The notes below the pieces were generated by a model. It was not told the DNA's origin and ran no database searches. It saw only the letters and a program-made list of their open reading frames with translations. Shown here piece after piece: positions 9,280 through 18,712 of a DNA stretch of 38,729 bases. The stretch's first letter is position 1. Every line of letters begins with the position of its first letter. This DNA comes from Shigella phage ESh10: sequence record ON528723. One strand, written 5' to 3'. The translations under genes were made by a program, and so were the position numbers.

Positions 9280-11394
9280 ATGCTCGTAAGTGACATTGAG
9301 GCCAACAACCTCTTAGAGAAAGTCACCAAGTTTCACTGTGGCGTTATCTATGACTACCGTGATGGTGAGTATCATAGTTATCGTCCGGGCGACTTCGGGG
9401 CGTATCTGGATGCGCTGGAAGCCGAGGTGAAGCGAGGTGGGCTTATTGTTTTCCATAACGGTCACAAGTATGACGTTCCGGCTTTAGAGAAACTCGCAAA
9501 GCTGCAACTCAATCGTGACTTCAAGTTACCGCGTGAGAATTGTATTGACACATTGGTACTCTCGCGTTTACTTCATGCGAACCTTAAAGACACAGACATG
9601 GGGCTTCTTCGTTCCGGGAAACTACCCGGTAGTCGCTTCGGGTCTCACGCTCTGGAGGCATGGGGTTATCGCTTGGGCGAGATGAAAGGTGAATACAAGG
9701 ACGACTTCAAGGCTATGCTGGAAGAGCAGGGCGAAGAATATGTTGATGGTGCTGAGTGGGTTTCATTCAACGAGCCGATGATGGCGTATAACGTTCAAGA
9801 CGTTGTGGTCACTGTTAAGCTCTTAGAGAAATTCCTTACAGACCTCCACTACTTCCCTGCTGGTATGGACTTCACGAAATACGATGCGGATTTATTCTGG
9901 CGTGAAGCTGGCGAGTCTGTGGATATTGAACATCGTGCAGCGTGGCTTTTAGCGAAGCAGGAGCGTAACGGCTTCCCGTTCAACACACAGGCCATTGAGG
10001 AACTTTATGTAGAACTGGCAGCGAAACGCGCCGAACTTCTGAGAAAGCTAACCGAAACGTTTGGCTCATGGTATCAACCGAAAGGTGGTAAGGAGCTCTT
10101 CAAGCACCCACGGACAGGCAAGCCGCTGCCGAGTTATCCGCGCGTGGTCTATCCGAAACAGGGTGGCGTGTACAAGAAGCCTCGTAATAAGGCACAGCGC
10201 GAAGGTCTTGAACCTTGCGACTTGGACACTAGGGATTACATGGAGGGTGCTCCGTATACTCCGGTCGAGTTCGTTACGTTCAAGCCAAGTAGCCGTGACC
10301 ACATTCAGAAGAAACTACAGGAGGCCGGATGGGTTCCTGAGAAGTTCACCGAGAAGGGTGCGCCTGTGGTGGATGATGAGGTCTTGGAGCATGTACGAGT
10401 GGATGACCCTGAGAAGCAGGCGTGCATTGACTTGATTAAAGAGTACCTGATGATTCAGAAGCGAATCGGTCAGGCGGCAGAGGGCGACAAGGCGTGGTTA
10501 CGTTATGTTCAAGATGATGGCAAGATTCATGGAGCCGTTAACCCTAACGGTGCAGTTACTGGTCGTGCTACTCATAGTTTCCCAAACCTTGCACAAGTAC
10601 CCGGCGTTCGTTCTCCTTATGGGGAGCAGTGTCGTAGCGCTTTTGGTGCTGAACATCATTTGGATGGGATTACTGGCAAGCCGTGGGTGCAAGCAGGGAT
10701 AGACGCCAGTGGCTTAGAGTTGCGCTGTCTGGCACACTTCATGGCTCGCTTCGACAACGGAGAGTATGCGAATGAGATTCTCAACGGTGACATTCACACC
10801 AAGAACCAGAACGCTGCGGAACTCCCAACGCGCGACAACGCCAAGACCTTCATTTACGGGTTCCTTTACGGAGCAGGAGATGAGAAGATTGGTCAGATTG
10901 TTGGGGCAGGGAAGGAGCGCGGGAAGGAACTCAAGAAGAAATTCTTAGAGAACACCCCGGCGATTGCAGCGCTACGAGAAGCTATCCAACAGTCTCTCGT
11001 TAAGTCTTCCGCTTGGATTGGTGGTGAGCAGAAAGTCCAGTGGAAACGCCGTTGGATTAAGGGTCTGGATGGTCGCAAGGTTCACGTCAGGTCTCCACAC
11101 GCAGCGCTCAACACATTGTTGCAGTCTGCTGGTGCTCTAATTTGTAAGCTGTGGATTATCAAGACCGAAGAGATGCTCATTGAGAAAGGCTTGAAGCATG
11201 GCTGGGATGGTGACTTTGCGTACATGGCTTGGGTTCACGATGAGATTCAGGTGGCCTGCCGTACAGAGCACATCGCTCAGATTGTTATTGACACCGCGCA
11301 GGAAGCTATGCGTTGGGTAGGAGAGCATTGGGCTTTCCGTTGTCGTTTAGATACCGAAGGTAAGATGGGGCCGAATTGGGCTGTCTGCCACTAA
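9280..11394 (+). CDS. 5: DNA polymerase (family A, with thioredoxin-binding insert)
   Basis: 704 aa; near-identical in blocks to T7 DNAP (…HNGHKYDVPAL…, …DASGLELRCLAHF…, …VHDEIQV…). Confidence 0.96.
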   Translation: MLVSDIEANNLLEKVTKFHCGVIYDYRDGEYHSYRPGDFGAYLDALEAEVKRGGLIVFHNGHKYDVPALEKLAKLQLNRDFKLPRENCIDTLVLSRLLHANLKDTDMGLLRSGKLPGSRFGSHALEAWGYRLGEMKGEYKDDFKAMLEEQGEEYVDGAEWVSFNEPMMAYNVQDVVVTVKLLEKFLTDLHYFPAGMDFTKYDADLFWREAGESVDIEHRAAWLLAKQERNGFPFNTQAIEELYVELAAKRAELLRKLTETFGSWYQPKGGKELFKHPRTGKPLPSYPRVVYPKQGGVYKKPRNKAQREGLEPCDLDTRDYMEGAPYTPVEFVTFKPSSRDHIQKKLQEAGWVPEKFTEKGAPVVDDEVLEHVRVDDPEKQACIDLIKEYLMIQKRIGQAAEGDKAWLRYVQDDGKIHGAVNPNGAVTGRATHSFPNLAQVPGVRSPYGEQCRSAFGAEHHLDGITGKPWVQAGIDASGLELRCLAHFMARFDNGEYANEILNGDIHTKNQNAAELPTRDNAKTFIYGFLYGAGDEKIGQIVGAGKERGKELKKKFLENTPAIAALREAIQQSLVKSSAWIGGEQKVQWKRRWIKGLDGRKVHVRSPHAALNTLLQSAGALICKLWIIKTEEMLIEKGLKHGWDGDFAYMAWVHDEIQVACRTEHIAQIVIDTAQEAMRWVGEHWAFRCRLDTEGKMGPNWAVCH

Positions 11395-11410
11395 CAGTAG
11401 GAGAAACATT

Positions 11411-11707
11411 ATGGGTATGAACAAACAACTCAAAGTAACTTTCAACGTGACCGCAACCATGAGTGATGAGCAGGAGGCGGAGTTCGTGCAGACGCTGAAA
11501 GAGATGGCGAAAAACCAGAAGCGTGGGCCTTACTTCGACAACATTCTGGTAGCTGCTATGACTAATGGGCCGGAGGGTGCCTTTGAGCAGGTGTTGAAAC
11601 AGGGTCTTCGTGAGTTCGTCAAGGAAGAACTTGGCAAAGAGTGTGCTCGTTCAGTCGATGAGTTCATCCTCAAGGTTGCCCCGGCGAAAGTGGAGGTTAT
11701 CCGATGA
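11411..11707 (+). CDS. 5.5: gene 5.5 protein (H-NS-binding in T7)
   Basis: 98 aa, AGGAGA SD. Confidence 0.65.
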   Translation: MGMNKQLKVTFNVTATMSDEQEAEFVQTLKEMAKNQKRGPYFDNILVAAMTNGPEGAFEQVLKQGLREFVKEELGKECARSVDEFILKVAPAKVEVIR

Positions 11708-11913
11708 GTGAATACCTGAAAGTTCTGGCAGCTATCAAAGGTTGCCCTAAGTCCTTTCAGTCGAACTATGTGCGAAACAATGCGGCTCTCGTAGCTGAGG
11801 CCGCTTCTCGTGGACACATTAGCTGTTTGACTGTGGGCGGTCGCAATGGTGGAGCATGGGAGGTAACATCCTCTGGTGTGCGCTTCCTGAAACGAATGGG
11901 AGGTTGCGTATGA
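11704..11913 (+). CDS. 5.7: gene 5.7 protein
   Basis: 69 aa; start overlaps 5.5 stop (ATGA). Confidence 0.65.
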   Translation: MSEYLKVLAAIKGCPKSFQSNYVRNNAALVAEAASRGHISCLTVGGRNGGAWEVTSSGVRFLKRMGGCV

Positions 11914-12092
11914 TTATGCCTAAGAGTGACACCGTAACGATGACCCGTGATGCGTGGAACGATGTTAGCGCGTACATTGATAAGCTGGAGAAAGACCTAG
12001 AGTTCCTGAATGAGCTTAAGGCGTGTGGTGTGGATAATTGGGACGGATACTCTGATGCAGTCGAAATGGTTTACGGGGAGGATGACGAATGA
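11910..12092 (+). CDS. 5.9: gene 5.9 protein (RecBCD inhibitor in T7), 60 aa
   Basis: ATG 11910 after GGGAGG; acidic C-terminal half; ORF-track start 11856 rejected (overlaps 5.7). Confidence 0.55.
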   Translation: MIMPKSDTVTMTRDAWNDVSAYIDKLEKDLEFLNELKACGVDNWDGYSDAVEMVYGEDDE

Positions 12093-13000
12093 GCCTAATC
12101 ACATTGAAAGACTTCGCGGAGATGCGTGAAGGTAAGCCTATGGAGAAGGGAGTGCTGGTCATGGATGGTGACTGGTTGGTATATCAGTCAATGGCTGCTG
12201 CCGAAGTTGAGACGGATTGGGGAGACGACATTTGGACTCTTGAGTGTGACCACGCCAAGGCACGGAGCATTCTCGATTCTGCAATCGAATCGTACCGAAC
12301 CCGTAAGAAGGCTTGGAGTGACGCTACGGTTGTTCTGGCGTATACCGACGATGTGAACTGGCGTAAGGTACTGGTTGATGAGACCTATAAGGAGAACCGC
12401 AAGGCGACCCGTAAGCCTGTGGGCTACCGTGACTTCCTGTCGAAGCTGTGGGAGCGCGATGAGTTCATTCACATCAAAGAGGACATGCTGGAAGGTGATG
12501 ACGTTATGGGCATCATTGGGTCTGGTCACGAGGTCTTCGGCTTCAAGAAAGCTGTGTTGGTCTCCTGTGACAAGGACTTCAAGACTATACCGGACGTTGA
12601 CTTCCTGTGGTGTACCACTGGTAACATCTTGACGCAGACCAAAGAGACCGCTGATTGGTGGCATCTATTCCAGACCATCAAGGGTGATATGACTGATGGC
12701 TACTCCGGTATTCCCGGCTGGGGCGATACGGCAGAAGGTTTCCTGAATGACCCGTTCATTGTGGAGCCTGTAGAGTCCGTGTTGAAGTCTGGTAAGAACA
12801 AGGGGCAGACAGTAACCAAGTGGGTTAAGCGTGCTCCTGATGCGACTGAGACGCTGTGGGACTGCATTAAATCCATTGGTGCCAAAGCTGGGATGACCGA
12901 GCAGGAAATCATCAAGCAAGGCCAGATGGCTCGCATTCTTCGATTCGAGGAATACAATTACATTGACAAGGAGATTTACTTATGGACGCCGCGAAGCTGA
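12089..13000 (+). CDS. 6: 5'-3' exonuclease
   Basis: 303 aa; T7 gp6-like. Confidence 0.92.
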   Translation: MSLITLKDFAEMREGKPMEKGVLVMDGDWLVYQSMAAAEVETDWGDDIWTLECDHAKARSILDSAIESYRTRKKAWSDATVVLAYTDDVNWRKVLVDETYKENRKATRKPVGYRDFLSKLWERDEFIHIKEDMLEGDDVMGIIGSGHEVFGFKKAVLVSCDKDFKTIPDVDFLWCTTGNILTQTKETADWWHLFQTIKGDMTDGYSGIPGWGDTAEGFLNDPFIVEPVESVLKSGKNKGQTVTKWVKRAPDATETLWDCIKSIGAKAGMTEQEIIKQGQMARILRFEEYNYIDKEIYLWTPRS

Positions 13001-13095
13001 TTACCATCGCTGTGCTGGTAGGTATGCTGGCGCGAGGTCTCTGGATGTTAGCTCTCATAGTCCGAGACGTGAAGCGAGACTCCGAGATTAAGTGA
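12982..13095 (+). CDS. 6.3: gene 6.3 protein (37 aa, hydrophobic)
   Basis: [37 protein letters not shown]; overlaps end of gene 6. Confidence 0.45.
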   Translation: MDAAKLITIAVLVGMLARGLWMLALIVRDVKRDSEIK

Positions 13096-13097
13096 TA

Positions 13098-13153
13098 AAC
13101 TCAAGGCTCTCTGTATTAACCCTCACTAAAGGGAAGAGGGAGCCTTTATGATT
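13098..13153 (+). promoter_or_regulatory. RNase III-type hairpin with embedded promoter
   Basis: actcaaggctctc…gggagcctttatgatt flanking the promoter. Confidence 0.55.
13115..13137 (+). promoter_or_regulatory. T3-type phage RNAP promoter (class III entry)
   Basis: attaaccctcactaaagggaaga. Confidence 0.8.
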
Positions 13154-13187
13154 ATTACTTTAAGACTTAACCTTAAGAGGTGAAATT

Positions 13188-13433
13188 ATGTTACAACCAA
13201 TTAATCATGTTTTAACTCATCCCGATGATATTCCTAGTATGCCGCGTGCAGCTAAAGAGTATCTACAGGTGCGCTTCAATCAGGCCTATGTGATGGAGTC
13301 AGGGGAGTACCGTGCGCTCCGCGCTGCGGGTTACTCTGAGTCTTTCATTGCTGGTGTGATGCATGGTCTGTACCTTGCCTCTCGAACACTTGATGAGATT
13401 GAGGTGCGTAAAGAGCAACTGAGACAGGAGTAA
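13188..13433 (+). CDS. 6.5: gene 6.5 protein
   Basis: 81 aa; GAGGTG SD. Confidence 0.65.
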   Translation: MLQPINHVLTHPDDIPSMPRAAKEYLQVRFNQAYVMESGEYRALRAAGYSESFIAGVMHGLYLASRTLDEIEVRKEQLRQE

Positions 13434-13437
13434 TTAT

Positions 13438-13689
13438 ATGTGCTGGAAACCGAAGGTGAAAGTCCCTAAGATGGACACTAACCAGATTCGCGCTGCCGAA
13501 CCAGCACCTTTGACTGAACCACCGAAATCTGTGGTATGGGGAGGCGATGACGATGAGGACACCAGCGTGTCTTCCTCTGAGGTGCCAACCTCACCGAGCA
13601 GCGGTAAGAGCAGTCTCAAGGTAAAGCTGGATGACAGCGCAGCCAAGAACAAGAGTAAATCCTCCATTCGCTCAAAGGCGTTTGGGTAA
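13438..13689 (+). CDS. 6.7: gene 6.7 protein (small virion protein)
   Basis: 83 aa; Ser/Asp/Lys-rich low-complexity. Confidence 0.65.
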   Translation: MCWKPKVKVPKMDTNQIRAAEPAPLTEPPKSVVWGGDDDEDTSVSSSEVPTSPSSGKSSLKVKLDDSAAKNKSKSSIRSKAFG

Positions 13690-13716
13690 CTGAGTCATAG
13701 CATAGGGAGAAACATC

Positions 13717-14037
13717 ATGGGATTCTTCAAGAAAATCAAGAAGGCTGTTAAGAAAGTTGTGAAAGAAGTTAGCAGACCAGTCGAGAAGGCCGGTAAGGAA
13801 GTGGGCAAGGTGGTTGGAGGCGCGCTGGGTGCAGGTAAGCAGGAGATTATCCAACAAGAGGCTCCAGCACCAGTAGTAGCTGCACCGCCACCAGCACAGA
13901 TTGTAGACGTACCTGAACAGGATAAGGCTGAGGGCGAGGATGAGGCGCAAACCGAGAGCGCACGTAAGAAGGCACGCGCTGGCGGTAAGAAAGCACTTAG
14001 CGTAGCTCGCAGTTCCGGCGGCGGAATCAATATCTGA
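13717..14037 (+). CDS. 7.3: gene 7.3 protein (tail-associated)
   Basis: 106 aa; Lys/Ala-rich; GGGAGA SD. Confidence 0.65.
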   Translation: MGFFKKIKKAVKKVVKEVSRPVEKAGKEVGKVVGGALGAGKQEIIQQEAPAPVVAAPPPAQIVDVPEQDKAEGEDEAQTESARKKARAGGKKALSVARSSGGGINI

Positions 14038-14047
14038 GGAGGACTGA

Positions 14048-15655
14048 ATGGCTGATTCAAAACGTACAGGATTGGGCGAAGACGGTGCTAAAGCTACCTA
14101 TGACCGCCTGACGAACGACCGTAGAGCCTATGAGACTCGTGCGGAAAACTGTGCGCAATACACCATTCCGTCCTTGTTCCCGAAGGAGTCCGATAACGAA
14201 TCTACCGACTACACGACTCCGTGGCAGGCTGTAGGTGCGCGGGGTCTTAACAATCTGGCCTCTAAATTAATGCTGGCACTATTCCCGATGCAGTCGTGGA
14301 TGAAGCTGACCATTAGTGAATATGAGGCGAAGCAGCTTGTTGGAGACCCTGATGGACTAGCTAAGGTGGACGAAGGTCTGTCTATGGTTGAGCGTATTAT
14401 CATGAATTATATCGAATCCAACAGTTACCGTGTAACACTCTTTGAGTGCCTCAAGCAGTTGATCGTGGCAGGTAATGCACTGCTTTACTTACCGGAACCC
14501 GAAGGTAGCTACAATCCGATGAAGCTGTACCGATTGTCTTCTTATGTTGTCCAAAGAGACGCATACGGCAATGTGTTACAGATTGTCACTCGTGACCAGA
14601 TAGCCTTTGGTGCTCTCCCGGAAGACGTTCGGTCTGCGGTAGAGAAAGCTGGTGGTGAGAAGAAGATGGACGAAATGGTCGATGTGTACACCCATGTGTA
14701 TCTCGATGAAGAGTCCGGCGATTACCTCAAGTACGAGGAAGTAGAGGACGTTGAGATTGATGGCTCCGATGCCACCTATCCGACTGACGCTATGCCCTAC
14801 ATTCCGGTTCGCATGGTTCGCATTGACGGTGAGTCTTACGGTCGCTCCTACTGTGAAGAATACTTAGGTGACTTAAGGTCTCTTGAGAATCTCCAAGAGG
14901 CTATCGTTAAGATGAGCATGATTAGCGCTAAGGTCATCGGTCTGGTTAACCCGGCTGGCATTACGCAGCCCCGCAGATTAACCAAAGCTCAGACTGGTGA
15001 CTTCGTTCCCGGTCGTCGGGAAGACATTGACTTCCTACAACTGGAGAAGCAAGCTGACTTTACCGTAGCGAAAGCTGTGAGTGACCAGATAGAAGCACGC
15101 TTATCGTATGCCTTTATGTTGAACTCTGCGGTGCAACGAACAGGTGAACGTGTGACCGCCGAAGAGATTCGATACGTTGCGTCAGAACTGGAAGATACGC
15201 TTGGTGGTGTCTATTCGATTCTGTCTCAAGAACTGCAATTGCCTCTGGTTCGTGTGCTCTTGAAGCAACTCCAAGCAACCTCGCAGATTCCTGAGCTACC
15301 GAAAGAAGCCGTTGAGCCTACTATCAGTACGGGTCTGGAAGCAATCGGGCGTGGTCAAGACCTCGATAAGCTGGAGCGCTGTATCTCCGCTTGGGCTGCT
15401 CTGGCTCCTATGCAGGGAGACCCGGACATTAACCTTGCGGTCATTAAGCTGCGCATTGCTAACGCCATTGGTATTGATACTTCTGGTATCCTACTGACGG
15501 ACGAGCAGAAGCAAGCACTGATGATGCAGGATGCGGCCCAAACAGGTATCGAGAACGCTGCCGCCACTGGTGGGGCTGGTGTGGGTGCTCTAGCAACCTC
15601 AAGTCCAGAAGCTATGCAGGGTGCAGCAGCACAGGCTGGCCTAGACGCCACCTAA
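14048..15655 (+). CDS. 8: portal (head-tail connector) protein
   Basis: 535 aa; T7 gp8-like. Confidence 0.93.
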   Translation: MADSKRTGLGEDGAKATYDRLTNDRRAYETRAENCAQYTIPSLFPKESDNESTDYTTPWQAVGARGLNNLASKLMLALFPMQSWMKLTISEYEAKQLVGDPDGLAKVDEGLSMVERIIMNYIESNSYRVTLFECLKQLIVAGNALLYLPEPEGSYNPMKLYRLSSYVVQRDAYGNVLQIVTRDQIAFGALPEDVRSAVEKAGGEKKMDEMVDVYTHVYLDEESGDYLKYEEVEDVEIDGSDATYPTDAMPYIPVRMVRIDGESYGRSYCEEYLGDLRSLENLQEAIVKMSMISAKVIGLVNPAGITQPRRLTKAQTGDFVPGRREDIDFLQLEKQADFTVAKAVSDQIEARLSYAFMLNSAVQRTGERVTAEEIRYVASELEDTLGGVYSILSQELQLPLVRVLLKQLQATSQIPELPKEAVEPTISTGLEAIGRGQDLDKLERCISAWAALAPMQGDPDINLAVIKLRIANAIGIDTSGILLTDEQKQALMMQDAAQTGIENAAATGGAGVGALATSSPEAMQGAAAQAGLDAT

Positions 15656-15677
15656 TAACCCTCACTAAAGGGAGACC
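15655..15677 (+). promoter_or_regulatory. T3-type phage RNAP promoter
   Basis: aataaccctcactaaagggagac. Confidence 0.8.
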
Positions 15678-15756
15678 TCATCTTTGAAATGAGCGATGAC
15701 TAAAGGTTGGAGTCCTTTGGTTTCCCTTTATCTTTAACAACTTAGGAGATTTAACA

Positions 15757-16689
15757 ATGGCTGAATCTAATGCAGACGTTTATGCGTCCTTCGGTGTGAA
15801 CAACGCGGTAATGACCGGAAGCACACCTATTGAACACGAACAAAATATGCTGAGTCTCGATGTTGCTGCCCGTGATGGCGATGATGCAATCGTGCTTAGC
15901 GAGGAACCGAGTTCTCATGACGATGACCCTTATGCGGCTGGTGAAGACCCATTCGCCGATGGTGAGGACGATGAGGGCCGCATTCAGGTTCGTATCAGTG
16001 AAGATGGTAACGAAGCCGAGTTCGACACTGGTAGCGATAACGCTGAGGTGGAGACAGAAGGTGAGGCCGCTGAGTTTGAGCCGCTGGGTGACACTCCAGA
16101 AGAACTGAGCCAAGTGACTGAACAATTAGGTCAGCACGAAGAAGGCTTTCAGGCGATGGTCGAGCAGGCCGTTGAGCGTGGACTGAGCGCAGAGTCTGTG
16201 ACTCGCATCTACGAAGAGTACGAAGCCGATGGCATCTCTGAGAAATCCTATGCGGAACTCGAAGCTGCTGGATATAGCCGTGCCTTTGTGGACTCCTACA
16301 TCTCCGGTCAGGAAGCCCTTGTAGACCAGTACGTCAATCAGGTAGTTGCCTTTGCTGGTGGTAAGGAACGCTTTAGCGCAATCCATACGCACCTTGAAGC
16401 AACCAACCCGGCTGCGGCTGAGTCCCTTGAGACTGCCATGATTAACCGAGACTTGGCGACTGTCAAAGCAATTATCAATCTGGCTGGTGAGAGTTACACG
16501 AAGAAATTCGGTAAGCCCGCCAACCGTAGTGTTACCAAGCGTGCTACTCCGGTTAAACCTGTAGCTCGCCAGAAAGAGGGCTTTACGAATCAGGCTGAGA
16601 TGATTAAAGCTATGAGTGACCCGCGTTACCGTAGCGATGCTGCCTACCGTCAAATGGTAGAACAGAAGGTTATCGACTCCAGTTTCTAA
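15757..16689 (+). CDS. 9: capsid assembly (scaffolding) protein
   Basis: 310 aa, highly acidic; slot and composition of T7 gp9. Confidence 0.88.
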   Translation: MAESNADVYASFGVNNAVMTGSTPIEHEQNMLSLDVAARDGDDAIVLSEEPSSHDDDPYAAGEDPFADGEDDEGRIQVRISEDGNEAEFDTGSDNAEVETEGEAAEFEPLGDTPEELSQVTEQLGQHEEGFQAMVEQAVERGLSAESVTRIYEEYEADGISEKSYAELEAAGYSRAFVDSYISGQEALVDQYVNQVVAFAGGKERFSAIHTHLEATNPAAAESLETAMINRDLATVKAIINLAGESYTKKFGKPANRSVTKRATPVKPVARQKEGFTNQAEMIKAMSDPRYRSDAAYRQMVEQKVIDSSF

Positions 16690-16710
16690 TTAACCCTCAC
16701 TAAAGGGATA
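16688..16710 (+). promoter_or_regulatory. T3-type phage RNAP promoter (gene 10 promoter)
   Basis: aattaaccctcactaaagggata. Confidence 0.8.
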
Positions 16711-16845
16711 GACCATAGATGACTACAATGGTTGAATCACCTGAGCACAGAACTTTGTGGTCACTCCCGTAGGTGAAACATTGAGAACCAACTCGATTCA
16801 AGTAGTAACCAAACTTTTCTTTAAATTAACATAAGGAGATTCAAC

Positions 16846-17892
16846 ATGGCTAACATTCAAGGCGGACAGCAAATTGGTACTAATCAGGGTAAGGGTCAGT
16901 CCGCAGCGGACAAATTGGCGCTGTTCCTGAAAGTGTTCGGCGGTGAAGTCCTGACGGCTTTCGCTCGCACCTCCGTGACCATGCCTCGTCACATGCTGCG
17001 CTCTATTGCTTCTGGTAAGTCCGCACAGTTCCCTGTGATTGGTCGCACCAAAGCCGCTTACCTGAAACCGGGTGAGAACCTCGATGACAAACGTAAGGAT
17101 ATCAAACACACCGAGAAGGTAATCCACATTGATGGCCTGCTGACTGCGGACGTTCTGATTTACGACATTGAGGACGCAATGAACCACTACGACGTTCGCG
17201 CTGAGTACACCGCTCAGTTGGGTGAATCTCTGGCGATGGCGGCTGACGGTGCTGTACTGGCTGAACTGGCTGGTCTGGTTAACCTGCCGGACGCATCCAA
17301 TGAGAACATCGAGGGTCTTGGTAAGCCTACCGTACTGACTCTGGTTAAGCCGACCACTGGCGACCTGACTGACCCGGTTGAGCTGGGTAAAGCGATTATC
17401 GCTCAGTTGACTATCGCTCGTGCATCTCTGACCAAGAACTACGTTCCGGCTGCTGACCGCACCTTCTACACCACTCCTGATAACTACTCTGCGATTCTGG
17501 CCGCTCTGATGCCGAACGCTGCAAACTATCAGGCACTGATTGACCCTGAGCGTGGTACTATCCGTAACGTGATGGGCTTCGAAGTGGTTGAGGTTCCGCA
17601 CCTGACCGCTGGTGGCGCTGGTGATACCCGTGAGGATTCCCCGGCTGACCAGAAGCACGCTTTCCCGGCGACTTCCAGCACTACCGTTAAGGTTGCTCTG
17701 GATAACGTTGTGGGCCTGTTCCAGCACCGCTCTGCGGTTGGTACGGTCAAGCTGAAAGACTTGGCTCTGGAGCGCGCTCGTCGTGCGAACTATCAGGCTG
17801 ACCAGATTATCGCTAAGTACGCGATGGGTCACGGTGGCCTGCGTCCAGAAGCTGCTGGCGCTATCGTGCTGCCAAAGACTTCGGGGGCTTAA
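16846..17892 (+). CDS. 10: major capsid protein (10A)
   Basis: 348 aa; MANIQGGQQIGTNQGKGQ… near-identical in blocks to T7 gp10A; AAGGAGA SD with AT-rich enhancer upstream. Confidence 0.96.
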   Translation: MANIQGGQQIGTNQGKGQSAADKLALFLKVFGGEVLTAFARTSVTMPRHMLRSIASGKSAQFPVIGRTKAAYLKPGENLDDKRKDIKHTEKVIHIDGLLTADVLIYDIEDAMNHYDVRAEYTAQLGESLAMAADGAVLAELAGLVNLPDASNENIEGLGKPTVLTLVKPTTGDLTDPVELGKAIIAQLTIARASLTKNYVPAADRTFYTTPDNYSAILAALMPNAANYQALIDPERGTIRNVMGFEVVEVPHLTAGGAGDTREDSPADQKHAFPATSSTTVKVALDNVVGLFQHRSAVGTVKLKDLALERARRANYQADQIIAKYAMGHGGLRPEAAGAIVLPKTSGA

Positions 17893-18026
17893 GGGTAGCG
17901 CCTTTGAGTATGAACGCGGAGAGTGAAGTGGAGCCGACCCAAGAGGTAGCCGCCGAAGTAGCTCTCACGCCTCAACAGAAGGCCGCCATTACTCGTGCTC
18001 GTAACAAGGCACTTAAGTCTCAATAA
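17817..18026 (+). other. -1 frame extension open past the 10A stop (candidate minor capsid protein 10B C-terminus via programmed -1 frameshift)
   Basis: The frame one nucleotide behind 10A is open from 17817 to TAA 18024..18026 and runs through the 10A stop (17890..17892); candidate slip site cca-aag at 17872..17877. Confidence 0.5.
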
Positions 18027-18035
18027 CAACAAGCA

Positions 18036-18078
18036 AACCCCTTGGGTTCCCTCTTTGGGAGTCTGAGGGGTTTTTGCT
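18036..18078 (+). terminator. T-phi-like transcription terminator
   Basis: GC-rich hairpin aaccccttggg…ctgaggggttttt followed by T-run; same position and form as T7 T-phi. Confidence 0.8.
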
Positions 18079-18099
18079 TTAACCCTCACTAACAGGAGG
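18077..18099 (+). promoter_or_regulatory. T3-type phage RNAP promoter
   Basis: ctttaaccctcactaacaggagg. Confidence 0.75.
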
Positions 18100-18106
18100 T
18101 AACATC

Positions 18107-18697
18107 ATGCGCTCTTATGAGATGAATATTGAGACCGCAGAAGAGCTATCAGCCGTCAACGACATTCTGGCTTCCATCGGTGAGCCACCAGTATCGACCC
18201 TTGAGGGTGATGCGAATGCTGACGTTGCGAATGCTCGACGTGTACTCAATAAGATTAACCGACAGATTCAATCACGAGGATGGACATTCAATATTGAGGA
18301 AGGTGTGACTCTTCTACCGGATGCGTTCTCTGGTATGATTCCATTTAGCTCTGACTACCTGTCCGTAATGGCAACCAGCGGTCAGACCCAATATATCAAC
18401 CGTGGTGGTTATCTCTATGACCGCTCTGCGAAGACCGACAGATTCCCTTCTGGTGTTCAGGTCAACCTGATTCGTCTGAGAGAGTTCGATGAGATGCCTG
18501 AGTGCTTCCGTAACTACATCGTTACCAAGGCTTCCCGTCAGTTCAACAACCGATTCTTCGGTGCGCCGGAGGTAGACGGAGTGTTGCAGGAAGAGGAACA
18601 GGAAGCGTGGCGTGCGTGCTTCGAGTACGAGCTAGACTACGGTAACTACAACATGCTGGATGGTGACGCATTCACCGCTGGTCTACTTAACCGCTAA
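18107..18697 (+). CDS. 11: tail tubular protein A
   Basis: 196 aa; T7 gp11-like. Confidence 0.92.
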   Translation: MRSYEMNIETAEELSAVNDILASIGEPPVSTLEGDANADVANARRVLNKINRQIQSRGWTFNIEEGVTLLPDAFSGMIPFSSDYLSVMATSGQTQYINRGGYLYDRSAKTDRFPSGVQVNLIRLREFDEMPECFRNYIVTKASRQFNNRFFGAPEVDGVLQEEEQEAWRACFEYELDYGNYNMLDGDAFTAGLLNR

Positions 18698-18712
18698 TCA
18701 TAAGGAGGCTCT

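Noticed and set aside
10061-10435. 124-aa alternative-frame ORF inside the DNA polymerase gene (and similar at 10505..10702, 10766..10948)
   Set aside because: Arg/Ser-rich low-complexity translations typical of out-of-frame reading; no start signals.
16798-17832. 344-aa ORF on the minus strand opposite the capsid gene
   Set aside because: Shadow ORF of the highly expressed, codon-biased gene 10; no expression signals.
17889-18089. 66-aa minus-strand ORF over the capsid 3' end and T-phi terminator
   Set aside because: Overlaps the terminator hairpin on the wrong strand; more parsimoniously the region encodes the +strand -1 frame 10B extension.
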